NCBI GenBank assembly: GCA_029856435.1
Contig: JAHQXB010000179.1
Span: 1-40,989 of the forward strand
Direction of reading: 5' to 3'
Source of the DNA: Candidatus Jordarchaeia archaeon
GTDB taxonomy: Archaea > Asgardarchaeota > Jordiarchaeia > Jordiarchaeales > Jordiarchaeaceae
DNA: 40,989 nucleotides
Shown piece by piece: positions 18,069-27,335 of this stretch. The notes beneath the pieces are model-generated. The model searched no databases. It had not been told where the DNA came from and saw only the letters and a list, made by a program, of their open reading frames with translations. Both the position numbers and the translations under genes were made by a program. Positions within the stretch are counted from its first letter, which is position 1, and every line of letters begins with the position of its first letter.

Positions 18069-19276
18069 ACAACCTTTTAAAATTCTTGGAAGAGGAGAAA
18101 AGTGGAAGTCGTGGTGGAGAAATTTTCCACCAGACACTGGACATACTTGAGTCTGAAGTGTATCGGTTCTACGACGTGTATCTGAATCTCATAGAGTCAG
18201 TTGAGAATCTAAGTGAGAGTAAGCAGCTTGAAACCCTTACACTTAACACCAATCCCTCAGCCCGAGATGCTGTTACAGTTGCAGTTGACGGTTCCTCCAA
18301 TAGAAGCCAAAGGGCGGGATTGGATCTCATTGTAGTTTCAGCGGCAGGAATAACCTTCAAGTGTAACAATCCCGTGGCACACAACCCCTATATTGTTGGA
18401 AAGTGTATACCTGTTATGGGCCTGGTAGACGAGGACGTGGAGAGGATTCAAGCAGTTTCCCGCCAGTACCTTGAGCGCCTTGTTAGTCTACGTGCACTTG
18501 AGGGAAACAGTTGCGATCTCGTTTTGCTGGACGGTCCCTTCGTCCCTCACTATGATCTTCTGCCCTATAGTCTGGGGGAATCAGAAATTTTCAGCAACCA
18601 GAGTCGAGAGGTGCAACAGGAGTACAAAATGGTTTTCGAAAAAATCTATGGAAACCAGGGCACTGCAGATATACTGGCTGAAAAGCTCTTAGAGACACTC
18701 CATGCTTTTGTGATAAAGTCCCCCCACTCTATGGATCTAATTTCAAAGTACAAGAACGTTTCCTACTGGTTAAGTGGAGTTTATGGCCGAATAAATGATG
18801 TCAACCTTTTGGATTCCCTTCTCCGACCGGGTAATCGGGAGGAGCTCAACATCACAGTTCCCCAAACAAGTGATCTGTGGACAACTCTGGCAAATAGGAA
18901 AATATTCGGCGAACGTTACTCCAAATTTCTCTCCCAGCAAAAGTTCTTCTACATAAAACCCCACCAAGAGGCTCTCCCCATCAGAGTGGAGGTGCACAAG
19001 GACATAGCGGAAAGCGAAAAGCAACTCGAATATGTGTGCTCCGCCATTTATTACCAGGCAAGCAACCTGAACAATGTGCCTTGGTCGCTTGAGTTTGCCC
19101 ACGCGTTCAGCCTCATAGAAACAGATTTACCCAACTTTCTCGCGGACGAGTTATTAGCCAAGATCGTCAAAATAGCCCGGCAGAATAAAATTTCTCCCAA
19201 AAAGTTTTATCGCCTTTTTAAACCAAAACATGGATTAGAGGTGATTTGGAAGGTAAGCAAGCCTAGGGGGGTTTGA
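18065..19276 (+). CDS. nurA: NurA-family 5'-3' nuclease (RNase H-like fold)
   Basis: VAVDGSS, LVLLDGP, FVIKS, IRVE, VPWSLEFAH; GTG start overlaps the herA stop (GTGA). Confidence 0.82.
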   Translation: MNNLLKFLEEEKSGSRGGEIFHQTLDILESEVYRFYDVYLNLIESVENLSESKQLETLTLNTNPSARDAVTVAVDGSSNRSQRAGLDLIVVSAAGITFKCNNPVAHNPYIVGKCIPVMGLVDEDVERIQAVSRQYLERLVSLRALEGNSCDLVLLDGPFVPHYDLLPYSLGESEIFSNQSREVQQEYKMVFEKIYGNQGTADILAEKLLETLHAFVIKSPHSMDLISKYKNVSYWLSGVYGRINDVNLLDSLLRPGNREELNITVPQTSDLWTTLANRKIFGERYSKFLSQQKFFYIKPHQEALPIRVEVHKDIAESEKQLEYVCSAIYYQASNLNNVPWSLEFAHAFSLIETDLPNFLADELLAKIVKIARQNKISPKKFYRLFKPKHGLEVIWKVSKPRGV

Positions 19277-19277
19277 T

Positions 19278-20165
19278 TTGAACAATAAACACTCGGATTC
19301 AATGGGCTTTATCCGAGCGAATAGGGATGCGGTATCATTCACCACACTTTTCCCATCACTGGAGGTAGGGCAAGAACTCCGAAGAAAATTCATTGACCAG
19401 TGCATAAAAAAATTCTGTGAAAAAAAGCCCATCCTGCCCACCCAGCAGATAAGGAAACTCATAGATGTTTTCTACTCCCGGGGAATAGAATCAATCATCG
19501 CTCGAGCCACAAGGCTACTCATCATACCAGCCGAACTACCCGAACTGGTAACAGAAATAACTGGACTAACACCAAACGGTAACGGTTGCCTAAAAACACT
19601 TATCCAAAAAGTCGAAAAGGAACTATCCCCCATCTTGGAAAAAGACGGAAGACTTTCTGCGTTAAAATACAGTCCCCTTCCCCTTGAGGGAACACATCAA
19701 GACTGGAATGAAACCAGAAAACTATTCGATGCCATACTTCACTTCCCCCCACTCGTAAACAAGGAAGAAATTATAAAAATCACCCAAAACATTTCTGACA
19801 ACCCCAAACTAATCATAAAACAGCTCCATGACAACAAAATAATAAACCTCCAAGGACTGGGAAAAGAAACACTCATATGGAAAGTGGGAATACCGCCCCC
19901 CAAAAACATTGTATCCGCCCTAAGAGAAATACGCCAGAAAAAACTAGAAGTGACCACCCTCCAAATTCTGCAGCACCAAACCATAAACCAAATTAAAAAC
20001 TTCAATTCCCAGGAACGCCTAATAGAAACCCTAGAAATACTAATAAAACACAACATACTAAAAGAAGAAGGGGGAAAATATCAGATAGACCAATACCCTT
20101 CCATAAGCCTCGAAGCCGCCATAAACGATGTAACCCCCCTCATCCAACTATACCGCTGCATATAA
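19278..20165 (+). CDS. Hypothetical protein, probable tandem winged-helix domains in the C-terminal half
   Basis: 295-aa ORF 1 bp after the nurA stop; segments KLFDAIL...NKEEII...IIKQLHDNKII and IVSAL...LIETLEILIKHNILKEEGGKYQI resemble wHTH helix3/wing patterns. Confidence 0.65.
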   Translation: MNNKHSDSMGFIRANRDAVSFTTLFPSLEVGQELRRKFIDQCIKKFCEKKPILPTQQIRKLIDVFYSRGIESIIARATRLLIIPAELPELVTEITGLTPNGNGCLKTLIQKVEKELSPILEKDGRLSALKYSPLPLEGTHQDWNETRKLFDAILHFPPLVNKEEIIKITQNISDNPKLIIKQLHDNKIINLQGLGKETLIWKVGIPPPKNIVSALREIRQKKLEVTTLQILQHQTINQIKNFNSQERLIETLEILIKHNILKEEGGKYQIDQYPSISLEAAINDVTPLIQLYRCI

Positions 20166-20170
20166 CCTTC

Positions 20171-21343
20171 CTAGAAGTCAACCTCCCTACCATAATAAAT
20201 ACATTCATAGATCTTCTCTATATCCTCTCTGGTAAATGTTCTAGGATTCAGTGTACTTGAAGCATCCTGAATTGTCAGCCTAACCAAACGCTCAAAATTT
20301 TCTCTAAAATCCTTCTCCCCAATACCCAAATCCCTTAAACACATGGGAATTTCAATCTCCCTTAAAAGATTCCTTGTCCTTTCAGCCAGAGCCTTAGCCG
20401 CCCTCCACTCATCCTTCTCCCTAATCCCAATAAGTTCCGCCAGCTCAGCTAGGTGCTTTGCAGAGGTGGGAATATTATACTCAATGACATAGGGTAAAGC
20501 AACACCACAAACCAAGCCATGCGGTAAACCAAACACCGCCCCCACCGAGTGAGCTACCCCATGTGCAATGCCCACAGAAGCATTTCCAAAAGCCAAGCCA
20601 GCCATAGTTGCCGCGTTTGCCATCTTGGTGCGGGCCTCCATATCCCTACCATCCCTGTAAGCCCTAGGAAGATACTCAAAAATAAACTGGATAGCCCTCA
20701 TAGCAAAGGCATCAGAAAAATCGTTCTTCCAAGAATTAATGTAACTCTCCACAACATGGGTCAAAGCATCCAGACCAGTAACCGCAGTCAATCTAGGGGG
20801 CATACTAAGCGTAAGTTTGGGATCAACAATCGCCGCAAAGGGGACAATCTCCTTCGCCATCAAAATCATCTTCCTATGCTCCCTAGTATCAGTAACCACC
20901 GCAGCCCAAGTAACCTCAGAACCCGTACCACTAGTGGTTGTAATAGTAATGAGCCGCGCCCTCTGATTAACCCTCACTGGAGTAAAGGCGTTAATGTCCT
21001 CCAATCTCTTTTCCGGATTCTCCCACAACACCCAAGCAGCCTTAGCAGCGTCCATGCTGGAGCCACCACCCAAGCCCACTATCCAATCCGGCTCATAATC
21101 ATTCAGCATATCTAAAATTTTAAACACCGTAGTATCTGAAGGATCCGGCTCCACCTCATCAAAAACCTCACACTCTATACCTGCAGTCTTCAACTTTTCC
21201 CTAACCCTGTCAACAATCCCCAAATCTGCTATAACTCTATCCGTAACTATAAGCGCCTTGCTGCCCTTAACTTGCTCTAGGTAATCCAAAGCGTCTTCTC
21301 CAAAAACCACTTTAGGTCCGATAAAAAACCACAAAACCATCAC
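20171..21343 (-). CDS. Iron-containing alcohol dehydrogenase
   Basis: GLGGGSSMDAAK, TTSGTGSEVT, GLDALTH..E, GIAHGVAH, PHG. Confidence 0.95.
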   Translation of the reverse strand: MMVLWFFIGPKVVFGEDALDYLEQVKGSKALIVTDRVIADLGIVDRVREKLKTAGIECEVFDEVEPDPSDTTVFKILDMLNDYEPDWIVGLGGGSSMDAAKAAWVLWENPEKRLEDINAFTPVRVNQRARLITITTTSGTGSEVTWAAVVTDTREHRKMILMAKEIVPFAAIVDPKLTLSMPPRLTAVTGLDALTHVVESYINSWKNDFSDAFAMRAIQFIFEYLPRAYRDGRDMEARTKMANAATMAGLAFGNASVGIAHGVAHSVGAVFGLPHGLVCGVALPYVIEYNIPTSAKHLAELAELIGIREKDEWRAAKALAERTRNLLREIEIPMCLRDLGIGEKDFRENFERLVRLTIQDASSTLNPRTFTREDIEKIYECIYYGREVDF

Positions 21344-21367
21344 CCACCCAAAGATAATAAAAAAGAT

Positions 21368-21772
21368 TTAGAGAAATTCACTCTGAATTGCGGTGGTGGT
21401 GTTAACCATCTCCTGTGCTGCCTTAGTGTACCGCATTACCTTAGCCATATCGCCCTTCAACTTTAACTTCCCCGTCATCAATCCTCGAATTGCATCCAGT
21501 TCCTTCTTAATCACTCTAACCCAAACACTGTAGGGAGCCTCGATGACAAAACTCGTCTTTTTCTCCTCACCTGGCTTCAAAACATAAGCTTCCCTGCACT
21601 TCCCATGATGAAGATCAAGGTATATGGCTGTCCTCTGCTTCAATTTATCATCAGGATCCAGAACGAAAAGAAAGTCGCCCTCCCAGTCCAGAGCCGCATC
21701 CTCATAAGCCTTATTCTCGTTTAAAGCCTTCATATACGCCTTCGCCCAATCGTCGCTAGGAAACTTAACCAT
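21368..21772 (-). CDS. SCP2 sterol/lipid-binding domain protein
   Basis: FPSDDW..Y..ALN.N..Y..AA..WEGDF, LDAIRGLMTGKLKLKGDMAKVMR. Confidence 0.88.
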   Translation of the reverse strand: MVKFPSDDWAKAYMKALNENKAYEDAALDWEGDFLFVLDPDDKLKQRTAIYLDLHHGKCREAYVLKPGEEKKTSFVIEAPYSVWVRVIKKELDAIRGLMTGKLKLKGDMAKVMRYTKAAQEMVNTTTAIQSEFL

Positions 21773-22137
21773 AAAACCAACTCCAATTCACTAATACTCC
21801 TTAAAAATTAAGAAACCAACACCATAGAATATAAATCTTGTCAAAAAAAGGACGAAAAGTTCTGAAAACTGCTCATGAACCTAAAATTTCCCTTCACTAA
21901 ATGTTTCTATAAAAACTCCCAAACTATTGGGCAACCAACTGGTTTCTGCCTAAAAAATAGAGAAAAATATAATATAAATAATAATAAGAACAAAGGAATA
22001 GTCATAGCTAATATCTTATGCTAGCATAGATACGGCAAATGTTGAAAAGTTTTTAAAATTTAGAACTGAGGCGAAAATAATTTTAAGAACATATACCAAA
22101 AAATATTCACTCAAACATGTTAGAAAGGAGGATAGAC

Positions 22138-23463
22138 ATGGCAAAATCTGAAGTATTTTATATGGACGACAGAAGTGAAAGCACAGCAACCAGCCTAGTA
22201 GCAAAAGCACTCCACCTATTTGAACAGGCCAAACTAAACGAGTGCGTAGACAAAGGCGACTATGTGGCAATAAAAGTACATATGGGCGAATGGAACAACA
22301 CCGCCTACCTCCGACCAGTCTACGTGAGAGCAATCGCGGACAAAGTTAAAGAACTGGGAGGAAGGCCCTTCGTTGTTGATACAACCACCCTACCCTACGC
22401 TCCCTACGTGTTCCGGACAAACGCTTGGGACGAGTACATGACCATAGAGAGAAACGGTTTCAATTCAGGAACAGTAGGATGCCCCGTAATAATAGGAGAC
22501 GGCTTCCTAGGAACAGACGATGTCCGAGTAGACCTACCCGAAGGATACATACTCAAAGAACAATATATAGCAACTGCAATTGCATGTGCGGATGCTATGA
22601 TAGTACTAACCCACTTTAAGGGACACCCAATGGGGGTATTCGGAGGATCCATCAAAAACATCGGTGTAGGATGTGCATCTAAGAGAGGGAAATACAATCT
22701 ACATCTGGGGGTTCATCCCGTACTAGGTTTGCAGGCGTTAGGTTACTTCCCACAATACTGTAACGGTAGAGAATGCGAGAAGTGGGAAACATGCATCTCT
22801 TGTTGCCCTGAGGGTGCACTGTCTGTTCCTGAAGATGGGCCGATTCAATTTAATCGAGAACTGTGCAAGGGTTGTTTGGCTCACCTATTTATGACCTTAG
22901 ATTGTGGTGTTTTCGCAACCCTTGAAGTGCTAGACACCCTTGAAGCGAGCTGTGTTGCAATAGCTGACTCAGCACTTGCCTGTATGAAAACCTTCGAGCC
23001 GGGAAAAGTGGGATTCATAAACTTTGCAATAGACAGCACTCCCTGGTGCGATTGCATCCCCTACTCCGACCGACCCATTATCCCAAACATGGGCGTCTTC
23101 GCCGGTAAAGATCCGGTAGCGATAGACCGAGCCTGCTTAGACATGGCTATAAAATCAGTGGGAATGCCGGGCTCAGCAGCCGAACAAAAATTCGTAGCAG
23201 CCCCAGGCTTACCCAAGTTCAGTGCTGCGGGCTCCTTTATGGGTATAAGCGAAGACATACAGTGCAATGTGGGGCAGGAGATAGGTTTAGGCAGTAAAGA
23301 TTACGTGCTGAAAACTGTTGAACCTATGGAATCAGCGCTGTCAACCTTTCTGTACCCGCAAACCGCAGGCTCCACTTTGAGGAAATTCTACAAGAAGATA
23401 CACCCCGTCCCCAAAGAGGGATTCAAACGAGTTGAACACCCCGACTTACAAAAAGTGAGGTGA
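22138..23463 (+). CDS. DUF362 domain-containing Fe-S protein
   Basis: VAIKVHMGE, LTHFKGH..GVFGGSIKNIGVGCAS, Cys cluster CISCCPEG, PWCDC, DPVAIDRAC; GGAGG then ATG at 22138. Confidence 0.88.
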   Translation: MAKSEVFYMDDRSESTATSLVAKALHLFEQAKLNECVDKGDYVAIKVHMGEWNNTAYLRPVYVRAIADKVKELGGRPFVVDTTTLPYAPYVFRTNAWDEYMTIERNGFNSGTVGCPVIIGDGFLGTDDVRVDLPEGYILKEQYIATAIACADAMIVLTHFKGHPMGVFGGSIKNIGVGCASKRGKYNLHLGVHPVLGLQALGYFPQYCNGRECEKWETCISCCPEGALSVPEDGPIQFNRELCKGCLAHLFMTLDCGVFATLEVLDTLEASCVAIADSALACMKTFEPGKVGFINFAIDSTPWCDCIPYSDRPIIPNMGVFAGKDPVAIDRACLDMAIKSVGMPGSAAEQKFVAAPGLPKFSAAGSFMGISEDIQCNVGQEIGLGSKDYVLKTVEPMESALSTFLYPQTAGSTLRKFYKKIHPVPKEGFKRVEHPDLQKVR

Positions 23464-25322
23464 GCGAAATGTTCGGATGGATGGGTAAATACCTAAGAGT
23501 AAACCTAACAGAAGAAAAAATAAAAGAGGTACCTATAGACGAGCAATGGGCCAAAACATGGATTGGAGGCAGCGGATTTGGAGCGCGCCTACTCTACGAC
23601 GAGGTCCCTCCAAAGATAGACGAGTTCGACGAAAAAAACAAACTCTACTTCTTCACCGGACCCCTATCAGGAGGCTTGCCCTGTAGTTCAAGATTCACCG
23701 TAGTATTCAAATCTCCCATATCTCACGGGTATGGAGAAGCAAACTCCGGCGGATACTTCGCCTTTGAAATGAAGAGAGCTGGATACGATGGAATAGTCAT
23801 CGAAGGAAAATCCAAAAAACCAGTATACCTCTCAGTAAAAGACAACAAATACGAGCTGAGAGACGCTTCAAAAATCTGGGGGCAAGGCACATTCAAGACC
23901 CAGGAAATGATACGAGAAGAACTGGGCGAGAAAAAAGCCAGAGTCCTGTGTATAGGGCCAGCTGGCGAGAAGAAATCTAAACTAGCCTGCATCATAAACG
24001 ATGAAGCCCGGGCCCTAGGAAGAGGCGGGGCCGGAGCAGTGATGGGAAGCAAAAACTTCAAGGCCATAGCCATCAAAGGAACAGGAGACATACAGTGGGC
24101 AAACCCAGACGCAGTAAAAGAACAAATCAAAAAGTATACCCACTGGATAGAAATCAACCCCATGGTGGCACTAGGCCTAGGAAAATATGGAACCGAATAC
24201 TTTATGGACTCCATGAAGCCCCTCGGAGACATCCCCATCAAAAACTGGCAACTAGGAGAATGGGAAGGAACAGACAAAATCGGCGGCGGAGCCATGTACA
24301 AAACCATACTCAAAAAACAAACTGCCTGCTACAACTGTCCCATAAGGTGCGGAAGGTGGGTGGAAATCAAGGGAGGACCCTACAAATACGAGGGACCAGG
24401 ACCAGAATACGAAACCTGCGGAACATTCGGCTCACTACTACTCATTGATAACCTTGAGCCCATATCTTGGATCAACTACCTCTGCAACGATTATGGAGTG
24501 GACACCATATCCACAGGAGCCACAGTAGCTTGGGCCATAGAAGCCTACGAAAAGGGAATAATAAAAAAGAACGACATAGACGGAATAGAACTAGCATGGG
24601 GAAACGCCGATGCAGTGGTCAGACTCACAGAAAAAATAGTGAGAAGAGAAGGAAAAGCTGGACAACTATTGGCAGACGGCTCACAAGCGGCAGCTGACAA
24701 ACTGGGTAAAGGACACGAATTTCTAACAACAGTCAAAGGACTCGAAGCTCCAATGCACGACCCCCGAGCATTCTACAGTATGGGAGTAGAGTATGCCACT
24801 GCACCACGAGGCGCATGCCACGTGACGGGATATCCCTCTATAGCGGATATGGGACTACTACAACCACCCGCAGGTATAACCAAAAGAACCGGAAGATTCG
24901 ACCCCACAGGAAAGGGTACACTCACTGCAGTCATGCAAGACGTTTTCGCGGTACTGGCAGCAGGAGTCATTTGTATGTTTGGTGGCACCGCTATGAGTAC
25001 GCCCACTTTCTTGGAGGCCTTCAGAAATTGTTGTGGTTGGAACATCGATGAGCTAACACTAAACATTACCGCCGACCGCTTGTTTAACCTTAAGTGGGCT
25101 TACTGTGTTCGTGCCGGTATGTCTGCCAAGGACAACAAGCTTCCCCCAAGACTCCTGACACCTACCAAAGAGGGCGGCCAGAAGGGCAGGGTTCCCCCAA
25201 TGGACATAATGATGAAAGAGTACTATGCATTCCGCGGCTGGACCGAGGACGCTATTCCCACCAAAGACCGCTTAATAATTATTGGCCTGCCTGATGTGGC
25301 AAAAGACCTGTGGGGCACCTAA
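23460..25322 (+). CDS. aor: Aldehyde:ferredoxin oxidoreductase (W/Mo-pterin AOR family)
   Basis: LRVNLT, KSP....YGEANSGG, GYDGIVIEGK, IGPAGE, GRGGAGAVMGSKN.KAI, CYNCPIRC, GPEYET, DTIS, RGACH; overlaps the DUF362 stop. Confidence 0.95.
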   Translation: MSEMFGWMGKYLRVNLTEEKIKEVPIDEQWAKTWIGGSGFGARLLYDEVPPKIDEFDEKNKLYFFTGPLSGGLPCSSRFTVVFKSPISHGYGEANSGGYFAFEMKRAGYDGIVIEGKSKKPVYLSVKDNKYELRDASKIWGQGTFKTQEMIREELGEKKARVLCIGPAGEKKSKLACIINDEARALGRGGAGAVMGSKNFKAIAIKGTGDIQWANPDAVKEQIKKYTHWIEINPMVALGLGKYGTEYFMDSMKPLGDIPIKNWQLGEWEGTDKIGGGAMYKTILKKQTACYNCPIRCGRWVEIKGGPYKYEGPGPEYETCGTFGSLLLIDNLEPISWINYLCNDYGVDTISTGATVAWAIEAYEKGIIKKNDIDGIELAWGNADAVVRLTEKIVRREGKAGQLLADGSQAAADKLGKGHEFLTTVKGLEAPMHDPRAFYSMGVEYATAPRGACHVTGYPSIADMGLLQPPAGITKRTGRFDPTGKGTLTAVMQDVFAVLAAGVICMFGGTAMSTPTFLEAFRNCCGWNIDELTLNITADRLFNLKWAYCVRAGMSAKDNKLPPRLLTPTKEGGQKGRVPPMDIMMKEYYAFRGWTEDAIPTKDRLIIIGLPDVAKDLWGT

Positions 25323-25490
25323 AGCCGTTTGAACTGAGTATACCTCACTACTTATTCTCTTTTTTGATTCGACAGTTCTTTCCTTGGGTACCCCTTCCTG
25401 GCACCATATTCAAAAGGCTAAAATACTATTTTTCGATTAGTTAACCTTGCTTAATGCTTTGCTTGGCCTATGGACTCTCGAGGTGGTTTT

Positions 25491-25784
25491 ATGAGGGTTA
25501 CCGTCAAGTATTATGGTGTGATTAAGGAGCTTGCTGGCACTTCTTGGGAAGAGTATGATTTACCGCAAGGTTCTTCTCTTAAGGATTTAATGAATCTAAT
25601 TGTTGACAAGCATAGAGGGGATGGGTTGTATGATAAACTTTGGGACAAGAAGGAGAACGAACTTAAACCCCTAGTTATGGTGGTTGTCGACGGAGAGGAC
25701 CCCATAGAGCGAGGCGGCTACAACATGGTGAAGCTTAAGGAGGGCTCCAAGGTGGAGTTGACTATGGCTTTTGCTGGAGGGTGA
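25491..25784 (+). CDS. moaD: MoaD/ThiS-family ubiquitin-like sulfur carrier
   Basis: MRVTVKYYG beta-grasp start, C-terminal FAGG; directly downstream of aor. Confidence 0.88.
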   Translation: MRVTVKYYGVIKELAGTSWEEYDLPQGSSLKDLMNLIVDKHRGDGLYDKLWDKKENELKPLVMVVVDGEDPIERGGYNMVKLKEGSKVELTMAFAGG

Positions 25785-25922
25785 AGACTTATTTTGTGGC
25801 GCTTTTTAATTGTTCCTCAGATTTATATATCCAAAATAGGTGAATTTAGATTTAAAAATATGAATCGAATGTTGGTTTTCTGAAACTGGTTAGAACTTAA
25901 TTTTGAAATTTAAATTTGTAAG

Positions 25923-27008
25923 GTGTTGAAATTGAAGCCTTTAGGTGTTGGAATTATTGGGTGTGGTCGAATTTTCGACCTTAATGTTCTCGGCTATCTA
26001 CAGACTGATAAGGCTAAGATTGTGGCTCTTTGTGATTCGAGAGGAGTGAGAGCAAAAAAGAGGGCAAAAGAGTATGGTTTATCCGAAGCTAAAATATACA
26101 GGGATTACAATGATTTACTCAAGGACGAACAGGTAGACATGGTGGAGATACTGCTTCCTCACTATTTGCACAAAGAGGTAGCCGTTGCTGCAGCTGAAGC
26201 TGGTAAACATGTTTCGGTTCAGAAACCACCCGCTATGAATGTGAAGGAAATGGATGAGATGATAAGTGCCGCCAGAAAGGCGGGAGTCAAATTTAAGGTT
26301 TATGAAAACTTTATCTTTTATCCCCCCTACCGCAAGGCAAAGGAGCTAATGGATGCTGGAGAAATTGGAAACCCGCACATGATTCGAATCAAGATGACTT
26401 CGGGCTCCGTGGAATGTGGCTGGGAGGTGCCCTTGGAGGCTTGGATGTGGCGTTTTACTCCAGAACAGTGTGGCGGGGGACCCACAATCTGGGATGACGG
26501 CTATCACAAGTTTTCTATAGCACGCTACTTTATGGGAGATGTGGACAAGGTATTTGCCTGGATTGAAACCACAGAGCTGGGACCAGGCTTATATCTTGAC
26601 TCTCCAGCCATAATTATGTGGAAGTACAAGTCTCCCGGAAAATTGGGAGTATGGGACACATCCTTCGCTCCAGAAATGAAAATTAAATCCAAGTATTATG
26701 GTACTGACGAGAGAGTGGAAATCACAGGGACAAAAGGTTACATCTGGATAAACCAGTGCACTGGACAACTGCTAGATATTCCCTCAGTCATAATGTATAA
26801 AGATGGAGAATTGACACGATTCGAGAATCTTCGATGCGATTGGGCGGACAGCTTCATTGACTCCACCCTTCACTTCATCGATGCCATATTAGAAGATAAG
26901 GAACCAATACTATCAGGAGAGGAGGGAAAAAAGGTTCTCCAATTCGCCCTCGCCGCCCTAAAATCCGCAGAAACCCACAAAGAAGTAAGCCCAGACGAAA
27001 TCAAATAA
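25923..27008 (+). CDS. Gfo/Idh/MocA family oxidoreductase (paralog C)
   Basis: GIIGCG, LPHYLH, HVSVQKP (E to Q variant of EKP), GGGPTIWDDGYH. Confidence 0.9.
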   Translation: MLKLKPLGVGIIGCGRIFDLNVLGYLQTDKAKIVALCDSRGVRAKKRAKEYGLSEAKIYRDYNDLLKDEQVDMVEILLPHYLHKEVAVAAAEAGKHVSVQKPPAMNVKEMDEMISAARKAGVKFKVYENFIFYPPYRKAKELMDAGEIGNPHMIRIKMTSGSVECGWEVPLEAWMWRFTPEQCGGGPTIWDDGYHKFSIARYFMGDVDKVFAWIETTELGPGLYLDSPAIIMWKYKSPGKLGVWDTSFAPEMKIKSKYYGTDERVEITGTKGYIWINQCTGQLLDIPSVIMYKDGELTRFENLRCDWADSFIDSTLHFIDAILEDKEPILSGEEGKKVLQFALAALKSAETHKEVSPDEIK

Positions 27009-27335
27009 TAAATAAAAACTAAATATGTATTTAGCTCCTGGGAGCCGACCTGGTTTTATACGCTTCCTTTCCCTGAAAAGGAGGGCTACCTTATTTTCTT
27101 TTCCATGGTGGGAGACATTCGCCAAAGCCTTCCTTCGGGGTTTTAGAGCCCCAATATTGTTATTCAACCACGACAGCTAAACACATACAAAACTAACTAA
27201 ACACCACTCGAAGGTCCGCAAAGGTGTGGTAAGAAACAGAGAAAATGGAAAGGTAGAAAAAAGAATCACACTTGCAAATTTACTAACCCTTCTCTTTTTT
27301 CTTTTATCAAACTGTTAATAGACAGATTGTAACCT

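Noticed and set aside
13953-20170. wHTH/HerA/NurA block as an integrated provirus or plasmid
   Set aside because: No integrase, tRNA, att-like direct repeat, capsid or Rep gene seen, and only 5 bp separate it from the ADH gene; mobility is not excluded but is unsupported
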